A stretch of DNA of 64,000 nucleotides from Raillietiella orientalis (Eukaryota), in assembly GCA_036172245.1 (NCBI GenBank), contig JAYWIR010000058.1, positions 62,001-126,000 of the forward strand, in the 5' to 3' direction. This document shows positions 1 through 14,600 of this stretch, piece after piece. Position numbers and translations under genes: made by a program. The notes beneath the pieces were generated by a model. It saw only the letters and a list, made by a program, of their open reading frames with translations. It had not been told where the DNA came from and did not search any database. Numbering within the stretch: position 1 is the first letter of the stretch; each line of letters opens with the position of its first letter.

Positions 1-899
1 GAGCAACGGCCGTCCCACCTGAAGGGAGAAGCGGACCTGTGCCTCCAGGTTCACCCCGAGGGCGTTCCTCAGGACCACGTTCCTGCGCGGCGCGAGGGGC
101 AGGAGGCCCTCTGGGAGCAGCACCGACTCCGCAAGCCACCGCAGCCGCCTCAGGGTGTCCGTCGTCAGCGTTACCTCCAAGGGGTCGCGGCTCTCGAGAA
201 GCAGCTTTTGAACCCTCTTCCGACGTTCCTCGTGGCTTGGGCCGGAAGCTCCCTCGTTGGGACCCTCCCCCTCTCCGTTCCAGGAGGCAGCGGAGGCGGA
301 AGAGGAGGAGGAGCGGAGCGAGCCTGATCTCCTCCCATCGGATTCGGAACTCTCCCACGGGCGGCTCCGGAGCGCTTCCCTAGGGAGCACCCGTGAGGAA
401 GGTCGCGTGTCTCCCTTGACCATCTCGGACTCCTCACCTTTCCAGGAGCCCGGAGAGCGTCCGGGTGATGCTGGGGAGGGCAGCCGCCGACCGACAGGGT
501 TCCTCACCAGGACCTACAAACGCAGGGAGATATAGAGGAGAGAAAGAGCCCGGTGATCTCTTAGTGGGGGTCCGCTTGCCCTTCCCGTTCTTCCATCTCC
601 GTTCCCTCGGTGGGTGAAGAAGCGCAGAAAGAGGGACACCGGATGACCTTGGAAGATTCGGGATCGCCTCCTTCTCCCTCCTTGGAACCTCGGAGGGGAC
701 CGGGGGCTGGGAAGAGGAGATGAGAATTCTGGCCATTGCCCTCGGGCTCTCCTGTCGAGGAAGGAGAAGAGGGAGCCACGAGGTTTCGACGTCCTGGTTG
801 CCGCGCGACGCGACGACCGTCGCCACCCCTTTTTTTCGCGGGAGCATGAGGCGAATCTGCTCTCGCCTACCCCGTTCCGCCGCCCGTGGACCCAGGACT

Positions 900-2632
900 T
901 CTCTGTACCTCGGACCTTCCTTCTCCCGTCCTTCATCCTTGCGTCCCGGGCACCGCTGGAGCCGTCGCTGTCGTCCTCCGCTGCTACTCTGCCGGCACCG
1001 CTGCTGCTTCCGTCTCCGCTGCTGCTAGTGGTGCAGGCGCCTCTTCGAGGCCGCCGGCAGCGTCCGCAGGTCTCCGGGACGGCAACTAGTGACAGTCTTC
1101 CGGAGTTCTGCGGCTCATAGCTGCAGGGCACGGACTTCCGCTGCCAAGGGGAACCATATAGGACAAAGGTCAGTGAGCCTGACCTCCTCACCTGGACGTA
1201 AAGCCTCCATGGCCTCCTGCAGCCAGAGGACTCGGAGACCGCCTCGAGAAGGGGCTCCCAGGAGCAGGTCAGGCAGTTCCAGGCGTGCACGGTGCACCTC
1301 CAGCACCCTGAAAAGGGGATGACGGGCCGTGGAGTGGTCAAGATGGCGCGCGCCGCACCCGTCTCCACGTCCGTGTCAGCGGAGCCACCGAAGTCGAATT
1401 CACCGTTCAGCACCACTGCCGGCACCCGCCGGCCGTCCCCCAGGGCGCTGTGCAGGGAGACCACCAGCAGTGGCACGCGTATCCTCCCGATCCTGATCGC
1501 CAGAGGCGCTACTGCTGCCGCCGCCTCTCCTGGAAGAGACGCACCCGTTCTCGGTCTAAGGATCCCCTCGGTTCTCACCCCTTTCCATCAATGCATCGAA
1601 CCGGGAGCGCCCCGGCAACCTCAAGGGGCATCCAGGGGCCCTCGATTCTTCTTCCTTGACCAGGTGGCGAGCCCGCAGCTTCTTCCTCTGCCCGAGCATC
1701 CAGCGGGCCGTCTGGAAAGAGCAGTGTGACACACTGCACACCTGAATCACCCCCAGAGAGGGCGGAGGAGAGGCCACATTCCTTTGTCCTCCCCGCCCCT
1801 TGTCTGGGATCTTGTCCATTGTGTACCTGGAGGGCAGACCTCATGTGATGAGTCAATAGCTCTACCCTGATCTCGGTGAAGTCGCTGAAGAGGTTCCACG
1901 ATGTGCAACCCTCCTCCAGCTTCCACTTCGAATGGATCTCGAAGGGGTGCACTAGCTGGAAGGGGGAGGGATGGTGGAAGGAAGGGAGTGGCCTGCCCTA
2001 CTTGCGCGCAGTCACGCGGCGCGGCTCCCAGGCAGCAGCCGCCGAGACCGTACGCGACCTCGCAGGAGCCCACGTCCACCTCGAAGGCTGCGACGGCTTC
2101 TTGGGCCTCCCAGGTCACGGACAGGTCCCACATCCGCAGGAAGAAGCACGCCTCCCGAGGTAGGCAAGGGTTGTGTAGGCTCAGAACAACGCGCAGCAGC
2201 TGAGCCCCGAGCTCAGCCCGACGCCAGCCCGATCCGCGGTTTCCTTCCCTTTGAGGCCGAGTCCCCGTCGTTCTCGTGACGCTTTCACGGCGCAGCACCT
2301 TTCCAGAGGGATAGAGTGGAGCGAGAGAAAAGGGGAGGGAGAGGAGGAGGAAGTTATCCCGCATGACCCTTCCACCCTTTCTTTTTTTCCTGTTTTGGCT
2401 GCTTCTCACCTGCTGGAGCAGCAGATTGAAGGGGTTCCTCCGCAGCAATGAGGGCTTCAGAGAACTCTCTGCCAGCTCCTGACTTTCCAGGTATACATGG
2501 AAGAGGGAGAAGCCATCGACAAAGATCTCCTGGATGACGCATTGGGCGCGGAGACCTCCATCTCCTCCAGAGCAAATCACGTGGAGGATGGGAGCCTCCA
2601 CTGCCTCCGGCGAGCATCCGCCGAGGTAGCTC
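900..2632 (-). CDS. Vps13: VPS13 exon cluster leading into the VAB region
   Basis: LVHPFEIHSKWK; HAWNCLTCSWEPLLEAVSESSGCRRPWRLYVQ (VPS13 N...WEPL.E...PW motif); several introns of 46-51 nt. Confidence 0.8.
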
Positions 2633-5600
2633 CTGAAGAAAACAAGGAAAGACGGAAGTCAGAACGGCTCTGAGTGGAGCTGCTGAGGTCGTTCTGCGCC
2701 CGCTACCTCCCCCCTTCTCTCCCGTGAAATCTCCTTCCTAGGAAGGGTTGAGGCGGAAAGGGGGCAAGGAGGATCTCCACCGTGGGAACTGACGGCCAAA
2801 CCGCGAATGAGCCATCACCATGCTGGTTCGCTCGCTCCTAGACCTGGGGAGAGGAAAAAGAAAGGAAGGGGAAAAAGACAATAATAAGCAGAGAGGAGAA
2901 CGATCTTTAGATGAGAGTAGAGAAAAGAAGGAAGGGACTAGTAGCAGTAGGGTAAGCAAGCGAAAAGTGAAGAAGAGGAAGAGAAAGAAGAGGAATAGTA
3001 GGAAGAAGTGAAAGAAAAATCATGAAGAGGAAAGTGGAAGAGGAAATCCGGAGCAGAGACCTATCTAGGGACGGTGGGACTGAATTCCATCTCTTGGTCG
3101 CGTGTGGTGTATCCTGCTGCTGAGTGCAGCACGGAACACACGTGCCACGGTCGCGGTACATTTGACTTCGGATCGGTTTGATCCTGTAACCTTGATCCCG
3201 GAAACCAGCTGAGAGAACAAGCGAACCCTTTTCTGCGCGCAGTTTCTACCCTGATGATGTTTTCATTCTTTCCGTCATCCTACCCTTGTTCCGTCCGCTT
3301 GCATTACAGGCTTCTCTTCCACTGACTCCTTCCCCTACCTACCCCGCACCTTTTGACCCCATGCAGCTCAGAGGGAGAGAAGGTTCTCCTTGTCGATCTG
3401 GGACGGGTCTCTCCCAGCCGATTACTCTGCGTGCGCGGCAGTGCGTGCAGAGAGTGCGTCCCCACCTCAATCCTCGACCGCAGAGGAGACTGGAGGGGAG
3501 GGAGTCCTCTATGAATGAGAGAGAATTATCCTTCCGAGCTTTGCTCCTCTCCCTTTATGTTTTTCTGCTTGCTCTTTTCCGTTTTACCTGGCTGCCATTT
3601 CATGGTGCAAGACGCGTTATCCTTTCTCCAAAAACTTCAGAGAATTCAGCAGACTTGTTCTTGACTCGAGGCCTTTATCCACGCCGCTGTGGCTGTAACG
3701 TTGGAGCCCAACAACATCAGAACGACAAGCGAGAGGGTCTGCTCTTTGGACTCTTGATCTTGAGTCCGATCTGAGGGCAGGGATGCCGGCTGCCTGAGAG
3801 ACGATGCTGTTGAATTGAATGGTCATTCGTCTTCAGAAGAATGTAAAGAGACCTTCTCCCGCCTCCTCGAAGGATCAGTCCTATCGGATGTTCCTTCTGA
3901 CTTTTTCCTTCCACAGAAAATTTGTGCGCACCTCCCTCCCATGCTAGGTCGCTCGACGAGTACTACCAAGTGGCTTTCCTTCCGCTGCTCTCTGGCAACG
4001 TGCTGAAGGAAATTTGCACATTTTCCTCTCGAAGAAGCCTTCGGGCTTCAGACGTCTCGCTCGATCACCTCAGAAAGCAGCAGACCGATGACACAGATGA
4101 GAAAGATGCCGGAAGGCCTTTTCCTCGTACCGCTCCTCGTCCCACTCTGTTAACTGGAGCGTTACCAGTCTCTCTTCTTGCCATTGGGAGAAGACGCTTC
4201 CACATGAGCGTGGTCAGTCCAACGGGGAGGATCTCACTACCGCAGCGACTCGCCCTTTTTTGCCTCCCTGGATGTTTCTGTTACTCCTTACTGAGGTTGG
4301 TTATCTCTATTCAGGAGAAAAGGGGAACGTAGAGTTTGTTCCTGCATCCTTCCATCCGTTTTCACGTAAGATGGAGCTTCCGGAGCGCCGGACACCTCGT
4401 TGAACAATGCGGGAACCTTACGGGACTCGGGTCTCCATTCTTTTATCATGAAATGAGTCTCTTGACGATATGACCCAAAAGGAGGATTCGCAGTTGACCC
4501 TCAGGAAATGCTGCATTGACTGATTGCTCCGTACAGGTTCGGTTGGCTTTCGTCTCTCGCGTGGGCGAAAAAGTCCTTGAGTGCTCTCGCTGCGCAGCAC
4601 CTCCATTCTGACCCGCTGAGTGCAGCAGCAGCTGCGCTTCCACGAAGCCAGGAGCACTGCATTCAGTAGCTGTAGCCGTTCCTCGAGAGGGCTTATGCTC
4701 TGGGAGGTCATTCTTGAACGTGAACGACGATGGGGCCTCCTCGAATTCCTTTGCAGTCGTCCTCAACTTTGCAGCCTTTCCTTTCCAGCCTCTCCTTAGT
4801 CCAACCTTCTCTATCGATCTCAGATCAACTGAACAGTTCGTCATCTCTGTTGGCGCGTCGGATATCGTTTTGGTTGCCAATTCTTTCAAGCGAAAGGGTC
4901 AGAGTGGCCGTGTGGTTCATTTTGTATCTCCGAGACCCGAGATCACATCACTCCCGTTCTGATCCCCCCACTTTTAGCGATCTTCCACACCTCTTGTTTC
5001 CCGGGAAGTACTTTCTTCGATCCTCAGAACCTGAAGTTCGATTTTCGCTACTTCTCAGTTCTCCGTCTACGTTCTTCTCCTTCTGTCCGCACTGCAAGAG
5101 TAGCGAGTCCAGATCTGCGCAGGAAGAGTGCTCCAGACTCGCATTCCAGGAAAGATTTTATTCCAGGAAAGGGGAGAGACACGGCTGCTGGGGCAGCCTA
5201 TCAATGCCGTGTTCTCTTGCTTCTCGATGGACTGATTGCCTACGTCATCCCTGAGACGAGAAAGCCAGCGTCTCCCCTCGCCTCCCCGCCCGATCCTTCT
5301 GGAGTTTGCACAGAGAAAAAAATGCAGCAGCAAAGATCCTCGGCTTCTTCCTCAGTCTGGATGGGATGGTGTCTTCCTGCTCACTCCACGCCAACTAGGA
5401 ATTCCTTCTTTGCACTAGGAATTCTTTCTTTGCAGGCTCCGACCGAGTCCTCTATGAATCTCTGCAGTGTCCGAGGCATGCACTCAGCTTCTTCTTCAGC
5501 GTCCAGAAGAGGATGCTATCCTGAACAGAGTGACCTGTGTCACGCATTATCCGGCTGCGAATCCGGTCAGTCCGACAGTGCTGTCAGATCTTTTCCGGAA

Positions 5601-8600
5601 TAGCCTCGTCCTGCCAACGAAATCACCGTGCTCTTCATGATGCACTTGCAGCACATGACCGAGCACTCCCAGCGGTATCCAGGGACACTGAATTCTGCTG
5701 CCACTTCCCACCGGAGACAGAGGTTTCCTCGTCCGGTGAGCAATCTGCGCAGCAGCGCGATCCTTAGAATGACTGCGCAGCCTTGGATCCTCGTGGGTAG
5801 GTGGTGAGCCTTTGGCAGCTGCCGTACCCAGTTGAATCGGATTCTCTCTCTCCCAGCAATCGGTACGCGCCTCAGAGGAAAGGGCAAGGGGCGGTACAGC
5901 AGAAGCTGTGCCGGACCACGGCGCTTCCAGAGTATCCGACATCACGGTGACGCTGGGAGGGGTTGGGTGAAAAGACCAGAAAGGTACTCGTGTCCTCTGG
6001 ATTCCTGGCCGTTGAGCAAATCTCATGCATCCTGAGAGGAAAAGCGCGTCTGACAATTCTCCTGGCAGTGTTGAAGTGTGGTGAGAGGTTCATAGAAGAT
6101 CGTGCTGCCAGCCTCGGTGTGGAGAGCTGCTAGTTCCGCATGATGCAGAGGAAAGGCAGCACAAGTTGCACGGGTTCGCAATTCGATTTCGTTCCGATCA
6201 CTTTCTTCACCTATCAACGTGCCTTGGGAGACCCACCATCGGATCTTGCGTACGGGGAAAGCATGGCAGAACTTTTTTGTGCTCCCCTCCGTCAGGAGCG
6301 TCCTATGATAAGAAAGAAAAAGCAAGGAGGAATGGAGGATGAAGGAAGGATGAGTGTTGGCCACCTTTCCCTGCCTGCATCTCAGGAGACGTGATAAGAG
6401 CAAGGGAGCGTGACTTGCTTGTCTCCAGCTTGAAAACATGCGTTGCTGTGGATCGCGTTCAGACAAGGATTAGTTACTGGCCACGGATATGCAGTTTCGG
6501 AATCCGGAAGCAATGAAACTTACGGATGGTACAGTTTGGGAAACCTGGAAGCAGTGAAACTCACGAATGCTTCCCGAGAGATCCCGATGGAATTTGGAAA
6601 GGATGCGTGGATGGCTTACCTAGAGAAGATGAGCTCTCCCGAAGAAGACTTGAAGATGAGGTTCTGGATGAAAAATTCCACTTCCTTCGCGCGTTTTCTC
6701 TGGTATCGCAGACGCAGCATCATGTCTTCAGCGACTGCACTGGCCAGGAGCTCTTGTTTGCTTTCCATGGATGCTGTGCCTTTCTGGGAGCTAGGGCATG
6801 CAACGCAAGACCTCATCGGTACTACCACGGTTACCTGTGGCTTGTGTAACAGAATTTCTACGCGGTCCACCATAACAGATATGTCCTTCATGTCCTGCTG
6901 GAAATTCGGACCTTTAAGGAACGCTTCCAGATCCTCCATCCTCTCCTTGGCAAACACGCATTCCTCTTCGGAACGTTGGAGAATGAATGGGCTGTTTTCA
7001 TCTGAGAAAAGAAACCTTCCCTGGTCACGAAACCGCTGATGGGAGCAAGAATCTTCGGATGGCTTCTGTGTGCATGCGTGTGGAGAATCTAATCCAACAT
7101 TTTTCATGCGAGGCTGGGCTGCTTTGAAAGTACGGATGCAACAAACGGAGACAATACGGTAGTGGTCACTGTTTTGGCGGCAGGAAAAATGTAGGGGAGC
7201 TGCTGATCGGCCACTCCTGCTCTCACTTTCGTCGATGCCACCCAGACCACCTTTTGAGTGTGAGGCGAGTTCCCCTCTCCCCTTTTCCTCTCCCTAATTC
7301 CTTTTTTCTTCCCAGTAGGCGGTACATCTGTTGGAGTCGCGTGGAAGCAGGTCGTTTGATCGCAGAAGAGCACAGATACACTGCAGCCGGAGAAGCCTTC
7401 TGCAACTAGAGTGAACGTCTCACAACCGTGTGTTTGTCCCGTGGCAATCCTTGGTGGCAGAAATCACGAGGAGGAAGCAGACCTCTTTTAGGAATCCGGC
7501 CCTCACGCTGCGGCACTCTCTCCAGACCGTGCTATTCTTCTTTCTCTCTTCCCTTTTAGCCCCGTTGACTTCTCATTGAAGCCGTCCTTCCCGAGATGCA
7601 GGGCGATCCCTTCGGAGCGACAATGCGATCCCGTGTTTGCCGTTAAAAAGTATGAGATGGAGGAGAAAGTCATTTCTGGACCATTGCAGATGGCAATCCT
7701 GTGATGTTGTTTGCCGCTTTTCACGTTCTTCTGGCTTTTTGAGAAACAAGGAGGAGGGGTCGCCTAGTATTCAGCAATCTCTGGCTTGCTCCCCGTGGAC
7801 CGTTGGAGCGGCTCACACAAGATCTTTCCATCTGTCGCTCGGCCGGGAAGCGCCCTAAGGTGGAGAGGGGCGGTCCGGAAGGGACCACTCTCGATGCCAA
7901 GGTGATAGTAAAGAGGACCTTCAGCCGCGGACACGAGCGCATGAGCCGCTATTGGGTTGGGTGAGAAGATCTGGAGCCATCCCAGGGTCACCACGCAAGG
8001 GGATTCCAGACCAACAGCGCATCCAAACATGGCAACGATCCTTTCCCGGGTGGGATTCGAATCCGCGACTGCTGATGCCGCGCGTGGTCTCGTTGGCAGC
8101 ACGGCGGCCGTTAAGAGCTCATCTTCAGCTGGAGACGGCGTTAGGCCTCGTGTTCCTTCCTCGCGCCGAGATCCGTGGTGTTGCACCACGGCATAAGTAA
8201 AGTACCGCCCCTCGTTCTTTGCCGAAACCCTAAACAGCCAAAACTTTGGAAGAACTTTTTCTTGAAACGGTTCGTGAGCGGGAGGACTGCGTGCAGAGGG
8301 ATGTTCGCGCCTGCGGTACGCCCGGGATTCTCTGCTCCTCCGAAAAACCGGCGACAGTTCCAGCTGTGTGGAGGAGAAGGGATCGAAACCTAAATTTACT
8401 CCTCAGAGAGGACATCGACAGCTGTCCAAGAGTAGATGGGAGGTTTCCTGTGAGCTGGGATCCCCATGAGCGGCCCGGGCACCTAATGCGCTCACCGTCC
8501 GAACCTCCTGCCACGACTAGCGGCGCCCGTTTCGCACCACTCTCCTGTACCGAGCGAATGGGCAGTGGATGACGACGGCGGGAGAAGCCATGCAGCGTTT

Positions 8601-11600
8601 CTGCGATGGCAAGAATCTGATGTCCTCTTGGTTCTGGTTCGGGATTGGATGTCCGGTCCGGAAGTAAAGCGGGAGCTCTTCGGCGAGCCACTCTGCACTC
8701 TTCAGAGATCGCACCGGAACTGCTGAGATGCTGGTCCTACTGTCTTGTTAGAAAGAGATATCTTCGGTCAGTGACCACGGGATCCTCGTGGTAGATGACA
8801 AAACACCCTTCGCGAAGTGAAGCCATGACTGAGACGGAGTGAAGCCTCCTTTCATTCTTCGCCACAAGAAGCCTGGAGATGACGAAGAGAAGATTCTTTC
8901 CTCGAGTGGCAGAGCAATCGCTCCTCTCTGGTGGCTTGTGATCACCCAAGATCCCCGACCCAGGAGAAGAGCCTTAGGGGAGGCTCGTGATTCTGTCGGA
9001 CGCAGCTTCTCAAATGATCCAGCGGATTTCACAATGAGGAGCCATTCTCTCGATGGAGCTTGGCAAAGTGAGTCTCGGGTCACGGACCTCCATCCCAGCG
9101 CCCTTGGCAACCGTTCAGCTCGGAGTCACCGCGAGCCAGAGGTCCTTCCTGCCAGCCCGGGAGGCAGAAGCAGCGTCAGCACTGGCTCTCGGAGACCGAA
9201 AGGAGACGGAAACCGGCGGCGGCTGAACCGAAAGCCAGAAGCCTTCCCTCCTAGTTACCTGAGTGCACCTTCGAAGGGAGACTGTGAGGGAGGACCATGC
9301 TGAGGAGCTTCATCTCTTCTCTGCCCAATGAGAAAGACACGGAGTTGAGGCGGACACTCAAGCTGCTCGGGAAGCCCTGGGGCGATTCGGGTCTCTTGAA
9401 GCTCACATACACGTCGGGGCTCTCCATGATGGTGCTCCTCAGGGCGAAGGAGCTGTCCCCGCCCAGCTGGTTGCGGGAACCTTGCAGCGAAAGCCTCACG
9501 TTGTAGTGATCGGCCCTGGGGCGTTTCACGTTCTCCACTGCCGCACCCTCCGCCGTCCGGAAATTCTCCAGAGACAGCTTCCCTGAAAATCCCCCCCTTG
9601 AGTGCGATTTTTTGGCCCAGGAGGCAAGGGACAAGGTGGAAGGGAAGTAGCACGGGAAGAGCGCGGTAGATAGCGGGTCCCGAGAAGATCAGGACGGCCC
9701 CAAGCTCACCTAATCGGAACGCGAGCACAGACCCCGGACAGGAGTGGTCGGGAAGGAGGATCTGTAGCTCATCGGCCGCAATGCTCAGCTGCAGTCCGAG
9801 CATTAAGCCCGTTCTTCGCGCCAGGCGTGAGAACACGGCGCCAGGCTTCGGAGCTCCGGCGCTGCCGAGGAAGGTCTGCAAAGCACCACAGATATCGCGC
9901 TACCGGGAGGAAGCAGTCCTCCACACCATCGCCTCCTTCATCAACGTCGCGTCGAGGGTGAGCCAGCAGCTGCCCAGCTGGAGCTTCAGAGCGCCGCGGT
10001 AAGAGGCATCCATCCTCGTCGGCTGGGACGCGTATTTGGTGTACTTCATCTCCATGAGTCGGTCGCCTTTGGTGTGGAATATCTGCACCCCCTCATCCAA
10101 CTCCAGAATTAACCCCATCCCTCACAACCTTGGGTTGCTGTCGACCCGCACTGGTCTTATCTTCTACCAGCAGACTCTTCAGGGAGACAAGCAAGACCGA
10201 CCGGTCGTTGGCTCGGGCTACGTAATCACCGCTCATCTCCGAGACCTGCAAGTCCCTGAATCCTTGGCCTTCTAGAGAGGAAGAATGACCCGTACCATGC
10301 TCTCCAGAAACGTCGTTTCGCTGTCGCAGACAACGACAGCGAAGCTCTCCGCCTGTACTGAGCAACTGAACCTCACAGCTCCAGAAGGGATTGGAGTCCC
10401 AGATGGTCCCGACCCTATCAGCACTCTCATGATGGACCGATCGCAGAAACAAGCACGGAGTCTCCGCCAGATTCGGGTCAAGTCGTTGCAGTGCCTAAAA
10501 CAAAGAGAAAAAAGATGCTTCCTGTGGGTTCCTCGAGGAAGAGATACGAGGCCGATGGGATGCTTTTGGGGAGATGGGGAGCACCGACCGAGCTCCTGCA
10601 TCCGTAGTCTGCCTCCGCGCGGCGACTTCGACTACGAGCAAGTAGACAATCTCGGTACGCCGAAGGCAAAAAAGCGAAATGCTCTTCTTGGGCGAGGCTG
10701 CCAATCAAAGACTTTTGGAGGATGCAAGGTGATCGCATCGCCATTCACGAACGACCTCCCCGCACATGACCCTCCTTGGAGAACGGTTTGGTATGCGACA
10801 AAATAGGAGGTGCTATCAGGAAGTTGGGATCCCGATCCTACCCATTATCCGAGAGCCTGATCAGCGCTTTTCGGGACAAGGAGTCCGACTGCTCAGCTGC
10901 AGTCAGGGGTGCACTTGCCCCGATACCGTCGTGCGAGGGATCCTTATCTGCGGTCTCTTCTGTTCCCGATCTTTCACTTCGACTTCATTTGTTTTCGTGC
11001 TGCTTCGGATCGAAAGCGGGCGCGCCATCGATTCCGAGTTGCACCATCTCGTTCGCAGCGCTCGCCGAGGCTGCGTTCTGGAACAGGCTCTTACTTTTCG
11101 TACAGATATCGGCAGTAATTCAAGAGGTTCAGCACGGAGCTCTGGTGGACGCAGACAGCTGCTGATCCCACATGGCACACCAGGGATTGTTCGACTCCAT
11201 GAAAGTGGCTCCTGAAGTCCGGACAGCTTGGGGTAACCTGCAACAAAATGCCGATTGGTTTTCTCCCCTTACTTTTTTCTTTTTCTTGGAAGGGGAGAGA
11301 GGAGAGTATGCGTGCACGCACGCTTTTTCCCACAGTTCACACGCTCAGGTGACCGCCGAGGGCATCCGTTTTTCAAGTTTCTGCTCCCTAGAAGGCGGCA
11401 GACCTTCAGGGAAAACCCTGAAAGAGCTCCCCAGAATGTCGGAGAAGGCGTCCGGCGATGCAAACGAAACCGCGACCGCTGTTCCGTCCTGCAGATTTCG
11501 CTAACGCTGAAAGACTTGCTCCACCCTTCGTCTGTTTGGGAGCACTTTGGAAAGCAGCGTCCAAACCTCGGCGTTGCTGGAGCCTCTGGTTGTCATCCCT

Positions 11601-14600
11601 ACCGAAATGAGCTCTTGCTTGCGTGCTCCGAGGACGCATGCATCGGAGAAACGCGGTGTCGCTGTCTCATGCTCATATACTCTTTTGCCTCGGCTGCGCC
11701 ATCTTGCCTCTTCTTTTTCGCGGGTGGTACGAAGGCCGGTAAGCGAGGAGGACGGATGAGAAAAGGCAGAGCAGGGACCAGCCTCGGTTTGGTTTCCTAG
11801 CGCATGGCTGAAGAAGATCACACTCAAAGCCCGGATAGGAGTCGGGCTTTGAGTCCGACTCCGTTCTATCCCGTTCTACATCTCGGGTCGGAAACGGAAG
11901 CTAACAGGTTTCTCACATCCTTCTTGCCAGTGGATTCAGAACCGCGCTCGAATGAAGGCTCCAGAGTGACCTGAAATCCTACTCCTAGGGTCTGATATTC
12001 TCAGATGTCCTGGACAAGATGCGACGTTTCGCATGATGCCCTCGCGCGACACTTCGCAGACAATTCGAACCTCCTAGGTTATACGGGAGGAAGCGGATTC
12101 GCTTAGAAGAAAAGGTGCAATTTTTCCGGTAGCACGGGGTGTATGGCAACATTAGATGAGAGTCAAGATACTGGATGAGCTCTTCCGGAAGTGCCGGTTC
12201 TGCGATACACCCTAACTGTGTCTAGGGAACTCTGGAGTTGTCTTCGGCGTAGTTTCGAACCCACACTGCGTCTCCATGGGATGATGAAATTTTCCTGATG
12301 CTAAAAGAAAGGTTACAGCTCTCTCGTGTCCTGCTCGGTGGTGTCAGCGTTTGTAAGACTTCAGTGTCTGCAAATCAGGAGGCAGGAAGAGTTACCTTTC
12401 GATACAGAACCGTGATGATTTTTGGCTTGGTCGAACACATCAGCCGAACGGCAGAGCCGCCGCAGGGAGAAAAACTCATCTGATCGATACATTCGATGTG
12501 CCTCACTTGGAGCTGGAGCGCCGGCCCAAAGGTGAAAGATGCCAGTTCACAGGACAGCTTCTTCATTTGGAAAATCAAGTACGGTCGATCAATGTGCTCA
12601 CTCGACCTCACCAAGTTGACCTCGACCTGAAGGGAAAAGAGGAACACAAGATGCGAACCGGTGAAAACGGTTCCTTCTATCTTTGATCTCTATGTCTTTG
12701 ATCGGCCAATATAAAACTCACTTCCCCAACAAAAAAGTGCAGCAGAAATTTGATCACATTAGAAGGAGAGACGTTATCCTCAAATCCAGGGAGGTCGATG
12801 TCTTTAGCAATGAATTCCTGATTGATTCTGCTGTCTGAGTTCCTTTAAGAACGGGAGATGAACCTCCTATGCAAGCATTTACTCACTCCTCTAATTCGTT
12901 ATCCACCAGCAGGTCGAAAGAGAATGGTCTGATTGTCTTGCAAGTCTTACTCAGAGGCAGCACAGCAAAAGGGACAGATACTCTTTCGGCCAAGATGTGA
13001 CAGATCCTTTCAGCTTCTATTTCAAAAGGTACCAGGAATTTGTGATCGGTTCCTTGACTGGAGTTCTGAGAAGCGAGCAAGTCACATGCGTACGTGCAAT
13101 GCTTCAGCAGGGGACACAATCGTCGTTGCGAAATGTTCAGCTTTAATGAGGTAAGGGAAACATCCAGCTTCCGCCTGAAAAGAGAAATTGTCATCTGGGT
13201 GCGTGCCAGGCGAGAGACAATCCAAAGCAGAGTTGCTGCAGAAATCTTTGACATAACTGGCTCTGTGCTCTGAACCCGATATGGCATCAAGAAGTCAAGT
13301 TTCTTCCTCTTCGAAGACGAAAGCGTTCGAGTCACGTGGTCCGTCAACAGCGCGCCGCTGGAGGTATCTGGACGCGGTTCGGGTTTGCACACTTCGCTCC
13401 TGAATGATGCACATTGCGCGTTCCCTTTCGTCTCGAGAAAGGGAGTTCACCTGCACGCTAAGTGATTGGCCCTTGGATTGTGTGCTCTCTCTAAGGTGAT
13501 TCTCTCACCAGAAGCTCGGGAACAAGATTGATGACCCGTCAACTGAAGATATATGGATGGAGTAGCGAGCAATAGGAGAGCAACTCCTAGTCAACCAATG
13601 GAAGGATTTGGGAATTCGTCCCGGTTTAGCACTGTGACTTCGAGCAACTCCACTTCCCGAAGGGAACTTAGAGGGTGCAGGAAGCTGCAGAGGAGAACGG
13701 AGTCATTGGAATGAGGATTCGAGAGCCCCATCTCACGGGAGAAAAAAAAAAAAAAAATAGTGCAGCCAAAATTTCTGACAACGGCTCCTGAATAGGTGCG
13801 CTTCGCACCGTTTGAAAATCTACTCGCATGCTTAAAGATCCATTTAACTTAAGGAGGGAATGAATGGATCCAATTCCCTAGTTTCCGACAGCTTGCACAT
13901 CGCCACAATCGATTACGTGCCACCTATGTTTCGTTGTTGTTGCTTTGCCCAGGACTAACTTTTTCCATACAGACAGGTGCTTTTGGAAATCGCATCTCTG
14001 TATAGCTGGTAAGAGCACCAGCAGCAGCCTACAGGAAGGCATCGGTGGCAGCTCTGGTCGCAGCCGACCAGCACCTTCTTGCTCCGGGCAACGAGACGCC
14101 CTTGACGCCCTCCCTCACCGGCAGAAAGACTGAACGCGAGTGGGATCTTGACAAACTTCGGAACGCTCTCCGGGATCGCCCAGCGTGCAAAGAGATTTTC
14201 CTCTTTCGCCCTCTTCCACGGGTCCCATGGAAAGCACTTCGAAAGGGGGCGCCTCGGTGGAAACCAAAGTCTCTCCAGGCAGAAGAGCACGAGGTGCGAC
14301 CACGTGAGCACGCATCCGCATCCTCAACCGGACGCATCTCGGGGCAGCGAGCGATTCCCACTGAGCGCACACCCGTCTCCCTGCCATCGACTCTCGGAGG
14401 AGGGTCGCCGGCCCTTTGGCAAGGGAACGAAAAGCCTCCGTGGAGATCTCGTGGCGGACTACCGCTGCCTCCTGCCAGATGGATGGAGAGCGCGCGAAAA
14501 AGCTCGTCCCGTCGCCTTCGATCTCGCAGCTCCAGGACAATGGAGGCAGATTGGAGACGCGGTCATCCGGCAGTCGGTGTCTCAAGAGGCATGAAACGCC

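Noticed and set aside
514..2601. Long ORFs 514-1578 (354 aa) and 1747-2601 (284 aa) as stand-alone genes
   Set aside because: They are VPS13 exons read through in-frame short introns.
4446..4889. Minus-strand ORF as a VPS13 exon
   Set aside because: No convincing motif or splice sites; the exon ending at 6620 joins the exon starting at 2632 in phase.
8040..8195. Functional tRNA gene
   Set aside because: Only a B-box/T-arm-like motif; I cannot fold a cloverleaf, and it sits in a dispersed repeat.
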